This document shows positions 58,916-64,000 of a stretch of DNA of 64,000 bases, piece after piece; positions within the stretch are counted from its first letter, which is position 1; every line of letters begins with the position of its first letter. The notes beneath the pieces are model-generated. The model ran no database searches and was not told the DNA's origin. It saw only the letters and a list, made by a program, of their open reading frames with translations. The position numbers and the translations under genes are program-made. The stretch spans positions 101,725-165,724 of the forward strand of contig QGVF02000005.1 of NCBI GenBank assembly GCA_003242705.2. The letters run 5' to 3'. This stretch comes from Acidobacteriota bacterium (GTDB taxonomy: Bacteria > Acidobacteriota > Vicinamibacteria > Vicinamibacterales > SCN-69-37).

Positions 58916-60203
58916 AACGTTCATCGGCCTGATTGTCGTCCTCGTCGCCCTGCTGCGAGCGGCTGCCCCCGCGGCTGCCCAGGATCAGCAGGCGTCCGAC
59001 CAGCCGGTGCCGCTCGTCGAGCTCCGCTTCGACGGGCTCTCGCGCTACGACTACGACCAGATCGTTCGGCTCACGGGCCTGGAGATCGGCCAGATGGTCA
59101 CCCAGGCGCAGCTGACGAACATGGCGCAGCAGCTGGCCGACACGGGACTGTTCACCGGGATCCGCTACCAGTACACGACCACCGGGAAGGGCCTCAGCGC
59201 ACGCTTCATCGTCCGCGAGGCGCAGTGGACCGTGCCCGTCATCTTCGATAACTTCATCGGCATCCCCGACGACGAGCTGATCGCCGACGTGGCGCGCTAC
59301 GTGCCCGGCTTCGACGGCACCGCAGTCGAGGGAGGCGCCGCCAACAACCTCATCGGCACGGCCCTGCAGCGCGTGCTCGCCGAACGCGGTCTGCCCGGGC
59401 GGGTCGTCGTCATCCCGCAGGTGAACATCGAGGAGAACTGGACGCGCTACGCCTTCGCCGTGATCGAGACGGGGCGCGACATGTCGGTGTGCGCCATCGA
59501 CACGCCGGGTGTGTCCTCCAACCACGCGCGCGAGATTGAACGCCTGCTCTCGGGCGTGATCGGCGAACGCTACTCGAAGGCGCAGCTGCTGCGCCTGCGC
59601 GACGGTTCCCTGCTGAACTACTACCGGCGCCGCGGCTACTGGGGAGCGTCGCTCGGCGAGATTGACGCCGCGCTCGATGCCGGCTGCCGGGGAGTGACCG
59701 TCACGCTGCCCGTCAACGAAGGCATCGCCTACCGTGTCGCCGGTGTGCGCTGGACGGGCAACAGGGCGCTGCCCGACGTGGCGCTCGACAAGGCGATGGC
59801 CCTGAAGCCCGGTGTCGTGGCCAGCCTCGTCGACGTGCAGGACGGCCTGCTGCGTGTCCGGCGCGAGTACGAGCGCCTCGGCCACATTCTCGTGAGCCAT
59901 ACCCTCGATCAGGAGCTCGACGACGCCGGGGGCCGTGTCACGTTTGTCGTAACGCTCGACGAAGGCCCACAGCTGCGCATGGGACGCTTCGAGGTCGAAG
60001 GACTCCCGCCCGATGTGGCGGCCGATCTCGTCGCGCGCTGGGAACTGCCCGAAGGCGCCGTGTTCGACGGCACCTATGTCGACCGCTACATGACGACCAA
60101 CCGCCTTCGCATCCAGCGAGACGACGGGCCGATCATGACGATCGAAGTGACCGTCGAGCGGACGGCCGGCCTGGCGCACGTGAAGCTGTTGCCCGCCCGC
60201 TGA
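58905..60203 (+). CDS. Secreted POTRA-repeat protein without a beta-barrel
   Basis: The ATG at 58905 overlaps the glgM stop by 11 nt, and the signal is FIGLIVVLVALLRAAAPAAAQ. Repeated POTRA-like units include VELRFDGLSRYDYDQIVRLTGLEIGQMV...LADTGLFTGIRYQY and YRVAGVRWTGNRALPDVALDKAMALKPGVV...LGHILV. The protein ends after 432 aa with no barrel-like region. Confidence 0.6.
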   Translation: MPGRTFIGLIVVLVALLRAAAPAAAQDQQASDQPVPLVELRFDGLSRYDYDQIVRLTGLEIGQMVTQAQLTNMAQQLADTGLFTGIRYQYTTTGKGLSARFIVREAQWTVPVIFDNFIGIPDDELIADVARYVPGFDGTAVEGGAANNLIGTALQRVLAERGLPGRVVVIPQVNIEENWTRYAFAVIETGRDMSVCAIDTPGVSSNHAREIERLLSGVIGERYSKAQLLRLRDGSLLNYYRRRGYWGASLGEIDAALDAGCRGVTVTLPVNEGIAYRVAGVRWTGNRALPDVALDKAMALKPGVVASLVDVQDGLLRVRREYERLGHILVSHTLDQELDDAGGRVTFVVTLDEGPQLRMGRFEVEGLPPDVAADLVARWELPEGAVFDGTYVDRYMTTNRLRIQRDDGPIMTIEVTVERTAGLAHVKLLPAR

Positions 60204-60306
60204 CCCCGGCGGCCACGGGCGCGGCCCTGCGCAGTCGGGCGGACACCGCACAAGCGCCCCGGCTGTGGACGCCCGCGCCTGCCTCGCTGCCCCCCACGCC
60301 GGGCGC

Positions 60307-61551
60307 TCACGCCACTCCCTGACGCCTCTGCTCGAGCCAGCGGCGCTCGACGACGGTCGGACAGAGCGCAATCGCGCGGTCGAAAGCCGCGCGTGCGTCT
60401 TCGACCCGCCCGAGGCGCGCGAGCAGGTCGCCGCGGACGGCGTGATACAGGTGATACTCGTCGAGCGCCACGCTTTCGAGGGCCGTCAGTCCCGCCTCCG
60501 CACCGGCGATCTCCGCGAGCGCCACCGCGCGGTTGAGCGCAACGACCGGCGTCGGAGTGAGTGCGTACAGCTGGTCATACAGTGCCACGATCTGCCGCCA
60601 GTCCGTGTCTTCGAACGCCGGCGCATCGCTGTGCACGGCCTGGATCGCCGCCTGCACCTGATAGGGGCCTGGGCGTGCCAGCTGGAGGCATCGGCGTACG
60701 ATCGCCTGGCCTTCGGCGATCTTCAGGCGATCCCACCGCGATCGATCCTGCCCGCCCAGCGGAACGAACGAGCCGTCGGCGTCGAGCCGCGCCTCACGGC
60801 GCGCGTCGGCGAGCAGCATGAGCCCCAGCAGGCCGAGGACCTCGGGCTCGCCCGGCATCAGCGCGGCCAGCGCGCGGCCGAGACGAATCGCCTCGTCGCA
60901 CAGGTCGCCGCGCACCAGCTGCCCGCCCCCGCTCGCGCTGTAGCCCTCATTGAAGATCAGGTAGACGACCGCGAGCACGTGTGCGAGGCGCGCCGGCAGG
61001 TCCGCCGCCTCGGGCACCCGATACGGAATGCCGGCGTCGCGAATCTTCCGCTTCGCCCGCACGATCCGCTGCGCCATCGTCGCTTCCGGCACGAGAAACG
61101 CGCGGGCAATCGCGCCGGTATCGAGTCCTCCCAGCAGCCGAAGCGTGAGGGCTACCTGTGCCTCAGGCGCCAGCGCCGGATGGCAGCACGTGAAGATCAG
61201 GCGGAGCCGCTCGTCTTCCACGACCTCTCCTTCCGGCTCGTGCGGAGGCTCGATGACGCGCGAGGCCCAGTCGGCCGCCCGGTGCCTGGTGGCGCGGCTC
61301 GCCTCGCGCCGAGCCCGATCGATCGCCCGGCGGCGCGCCGTCGTGATGAGCCACGCCGCCGGGCTCGCGGGCACGCCGTCGATCGGCCAGCGCTCGAGGG
61401 CGACGGCCAGGGCATCCTGCACCACTTCCTCGGCTGCGTCGATCGATCCACACGTGCGCACCAGCACACTCACCACGCGGCCGTACTCGCGGCGGAAGAG
61501 CTCTTCGAGCTCCTTCGCCGCCGGCGCGCGGCGCTCGTGCTCAGTGTTCAT
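60307..61551 (-). CDS. ECF-like sigma factor with a C-terminal TPR-like extension (COG4941-type)
   Basis: Region 2 reads VVQDALAVALERW. Region 4 reads AQVALTLRLLGGLDTGAIARAFLVPEATMAQRIVRAK. A roughly 230-aa helical C-terminal domain follows. This type classically pairs with a YCII gene. Confidence 0.85.
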   Translation of the reverse strand: MNTEHERRAPAAKELEELFRREYGRVVSVLVRTCGSIDAAEEVVQDALAVALERWPIDGVPASPAAWLITTARRRAIDRARREASRATRHRAADWASRVIEPPHEPEGEVVEDERLRLIFTCCHPALAPEAQVALTLRLLGGLDTGAIARAFLVPEATMAQRIVRAKRKIRDAGIPYRVPEAADLPARLAHVLAVVYLIFNEGYSASGGGQLVRGDLCDEAIRLGRALAALMPGEPEVLGLLGLMLLADARREARLDADGSFVPLGGQDRSRWDRLKIAEGQAIVRRCLQLARPGPYQVQAAIQAVHSDAPAFEDTDWRQIVALYDQLYALTPTPVVALNRAVALAEIAGAEAGLTALESVALDEYHLYHAVRGDLLARLGRVEDARAAFDRAIALCPTVVERRWLEQRRQGVA

Positions 61552-61909
61552 CCTGGAAGGGACGGACCTCGATCGGCAGGCCGGTCTGGTGGCCGTCGAG
61601 GACGAGCGCTTCGGCCAGGCGCTTCGCCCACGCCAGCGCCGCGTCGAGGTCGGGCGCCTGGATGATCGTGAAGCCGCCGATGTGCTCCTTGCCCTCGACG
61701 TACGGCCCGTCGGTGATCATCGGCCGTCCGTCGGCCACACGGACGACGGTCGCGCTTTCGGGCGCGTGCAGGCCCCCGGCAAAGACCCAGGCCCCGGCGC
61801 GACGCAGGTCGTCGTTGAGCCGGCCGATGCGTTCCATCACCGGCGCAAGCTTTTCCGGCGAAGGGGGCGGGCCGTCCGGCTGGTAGATGCTGAGCAGGTA
61901 ACGCTTCAT
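61541..61909 (-). CDS. YCII-related (DGPF) domain protein
   Basis: The ATG at 61909 gives MKRYLLSIY...PPS...V...L...L...GAWVFAGGL..P..A..V......TDGPY.E.KE.IGGF.II.A..LD.AL.WA. It overlaps the sigma gene start by 11 nt. Confidence 0.85.
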   Translation of the reverse strand: MKRYLLSIYQPDGPPPSPEKLAPVMERIGRLNDDLRRAGAWVFAGGLHAPESATVVRVADGRPMITDGPYVEGKEHIGGFTIIQAPDLDAALAWAKRLAEALVLDGHQTGLPIEVRPFQDEH

Positions 61910-62010
61910 GTTCGTCTCGTCCTCCTCACTGCGGCCGGCCCGGCGCCGGCCCTCAATCACAAGACGAACGGCACGAGACGATTTCGACAGCGGTCGGCGC
62001 CCGACGCGCC

Positions 62011-64000
62011 TCAGTGGACCGTATTGCTCGCCTGCAGGACCGGCGCGCCCTCGGCCCGCCGCGACTGGAACGGCAGGCTGTTGACGATTTCGAGGATGAG
62101 CGTCTGCAGGCCCTGGTCCGACTCGCCCAGTCGACGGACGATGCCGGCGACGGTGCGGCGGTCGTAGCGTTCGAGACCGCGCCCCAGTGCGTAGGTGAGC
62201 ATCTTCTCGGTCAGCGCGCGCGAGAACTCGGGCAGCATGTCCGAGAGGACATCCCGCAGCTCGGCCGGCCCGTTGAACGTGCGTCCGTTCGGCAGCCGCC
62301 CGCTCGCGTCAATCGCGAACGCCCCGTCCATGTCGCGCCACCGGCCGATGGCATCGTAGTTCTCGAGCGCGAAGCCGAGCGGATCCATGCGCGAATGACA
62401 CGACGCGCAGATGGCGTTCGTCCGGTGCTGCTCCATCTGCTCGCGGATCGACTTCGACTTGCCGAGCGCCTCTTCGTCGAGCGCCGGCACGTCGGGGGGC
62501 GGCGGCGGCAGCGGGCTGCCGAGGATGTTCTGCAGCACGTACTTGCCGCGGATGACCACCGACGTCCGCGTCGGATAGCTCGACACGGCCAGCACGCTCG
62601 CCTGCCCCAGCACGCCGCCGCGCTGGGGCGTTGTCAGCTCCACGCGCCGGAACTCGGATCCCTCGATGCCCTCGATGCCGTAGTAGTCGGCAAGCACGTC
62701 GTTGACGAACGTGTAGCGCGCATTGAGGAACTCGCTGATCGGCCGGTTCTCACGGAGGATGTAGTCGAAGAACATCTCCGTTTCGGTGCGCATGGCGTCG
62801 CGCAGCTCGGGGTTCCAGGCCGGGAACCGGTCCGGATCGGGCCGGATGACGTCGAGATTGCGGATCTCGAGCCACTGACCGGCGAAGTTCTGCGCGAGCG
62901 CCCGCGACCGCGGATCGGCCAGCATCCGCTTCACCTGCGCCTCGAGCACGCCGGAACGGCGCAACTCTCCCCGCTCGGCCAGGTCGAGCAGTTCATCGTC
63001 GGGCATCGAGCTCCAGAGGAAGTAGCTCAGGCGCGACGCGAGCTCGACGTCCGTGATCGGGTGCGACCGCGTCGGATCGTCCGGGTAGCGATCGCGCTCG
63101 ATACGGAACAGAAAATGCGGAGAGACGAGCATCGCCTGCAGCGCCAGCTCGATGCCCTTCTCGGCTGACAGGCCGTCTTCACGGGCCAGGTCGACAAAGC
63201 GGCGCAGGTCGGCCACGTCCTGGTCGGTGACCGGGCGACGGTAGGCGCGTCGGGCCAGCGTCGAAAGGATCCGGTCGACGCACTCGCGGCCCGTTTCCGG
63301 ATCGCAGATGAGGATCCGCTCGCGGCTCGGCTTGACGCCTTCCTGCTCGAACGGCCCGACGACGGTGACCGAACCGATCCACTTGTTGATCTTGTCCCTG
63401 TAAACGTCCTCGGGCGCGAGCGTCTTCACGTACGGGTCGTCGATGAAGCCGAGTCGCAGCGTGTGATCGCCAGCCGGCACCGGGATGCGAATCTCGGTTT
63501 CCGAATACGGATTGAAGTAGACGAGTCCCGACGGCTTCGTCTCGACCTGCGTGGTGTGCACGAGGTCGCCGTCGATCCACACACCAAGCGTGACGGGCGC
63601 CGCGTCGGCCGGCCGCTCGCCCGGCATGCCGATGCGCAGGACGTAGTCGGCGTCGAAATCGAACCGGTGCGTCGCCTCGACGCGGCTCGGGTTGAGCCGC
63701 CGCAGGTTGCGGAAGCGGAGGCTGTACTCGACCTCGATCGGCTTCGGCAGCGGATCGGCGGCCAGCGCCCGCGCCGCGATCTGCTCGGCCGCGTTCACGT
63801 AGGCCTCCATCAGCACGGGCGACACCGTGAGGATCTCGCCGATGTTGTCGAAGCCTTCACCCGAGTCGTCGGTCGGGAACGACCGATCGGCGCGGAACTC
63901 GATCGCGAGCAGATCGCGGATCGTGTTGGTGTACTCAGCGCGGTTGAGCCGCCGCGCCACGACGCGGCCGGGATCGGGCGGCGTCAGCGCGTCGAGCCGC
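62011..64000 (-). CDS. DUF1587/DUF1592/DUF1595/DUF1588/DUF1585-type protein, partial; the 5' end lies beyond the window
   Basis: Signatures include RRLNRAEYTNTIRDLL, RGKYVLQNILGSPLPPPPPDVPAL and CASCHSRMDPLGFALENYDAIGRWR. The reading frame stays open upstream of the GTG at 63960 to the window edge. Confidence 0.85.
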   Translation of the reverse strand, partial: RLDALTPPDPGRVVARRLNRAEYTNTIRDLLAIEFRADRSFPTDDSGEGFDNIGEILTVSPVLMEAYVNAAEQIAARALAADPLPKPIEVEYSLRFRNLRRLNPSRVEATHRFDFDADYVLRIGMPGERPADAAPVTLGVWIDGDLVHTTQVETKPSGLVYFNPYSETEIRIPVPAGDHTLRLGFIDDPYVKTLAPEDVYRDKINKWIGSVTVVGPFEQEGVKPSRERILICDPETGRECVDRILSTLARRAYRRPVTDQDVADLRRFVDLAREDGLSAEKGIELALQAMLVSPHFLFRIERDRYPDDPTRSHPITDVELASRLSYFLWSSMPDDELLDLAERGELRRSGVLEAQVKRMLADPRSRALAQNFAGQWLEIRNLDVIRPDPDRFPAWNPELRDAMRTETEMFFDYILRENRPISEFLNARYTFVNDVLADYYGIEGIEGSEFRRVELTTPQRGGVLGQASVLAVSSYPTRTSVVIRGKYVLQNILGSPLPPPPPDVPALDEEALGKSKSIREQMEQHRTNAICASCHSRMDPLGFALENYDAIGRWRDMDGAFAIDASGRLPNGRTFNGPAELRDVLSDMLPEFSRALTEKMLTYALGRGLERYDRRTVAGIVRRLGESDQGLQTLILEIVNSLPFQSRRAEGAPVLQASNTVH

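Overview
This is a 64 kb, very GC-rich (roughly 70% by eye), densely coding chromosomal segment from a diderm bacterium. The gene content includes TonB, TolC, Omp85/POTRA proteins, PEGA, FG-GAP, a DUF1592-type protein, sigma-54 machinery and a CIRCE-controlled groESL. I infer an Acidobacteriota- or Gemmatimonadota-like organism, but this is inference only. I call about 58 protein genes, one tRNA-Leu(UAA), several intrinsic terminators and a few promoter or operator sites.

Housekeeping genes:
- cinA, pgpA, nrdR, purC, groES and groEL
- tatA, rnr, gatB, ispH, folK and a dksA-family gene

Envelope and transport genes:
- a tolC / RND / MacAB composite efflux locus
- a TesA-YbbA-YbbP-type module
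- two small outer-membrane barrels
- a multiheme cytochrome / PQQ-dehydrogenase operon

Regulators: two ECF-type sigma factors and an NtrC-type enhancer-binding protein.

I found no CRISPR array, transposase, integrase, prophage or recognisable defence system.

The most unusual locus is 45986-48606. It pairs a signal-peptide, C-terminally tail-anchored mini-protein carrying a Gly-Gly motif with a large secreted protein. The large protein appears to fuse a C39-like cysteine peptidase, a TPR region, a POTRA domain and an Omp85-type beta-barrel.

Other notable observations:
- a textbook sigma-54 promoter in front of a small outer-membrane-barrel gene
- repeated leaderless-type promoter geometry
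- a GlgM-like glycosyltransferase that overlaps a POTRA-only secreted protein
- Gly/Arg-rich low-complexity tails on three efflux components
- a lower-GC Cys-rich mini-ORF with its own canonical promoter

All functional calls come from reading the translated ORFs and recalling family signatures. No database search was run. Many long ORFs in the six-frame track are antisense shadow ORFs, which are typical of high-GC DNA, and I rejected them.
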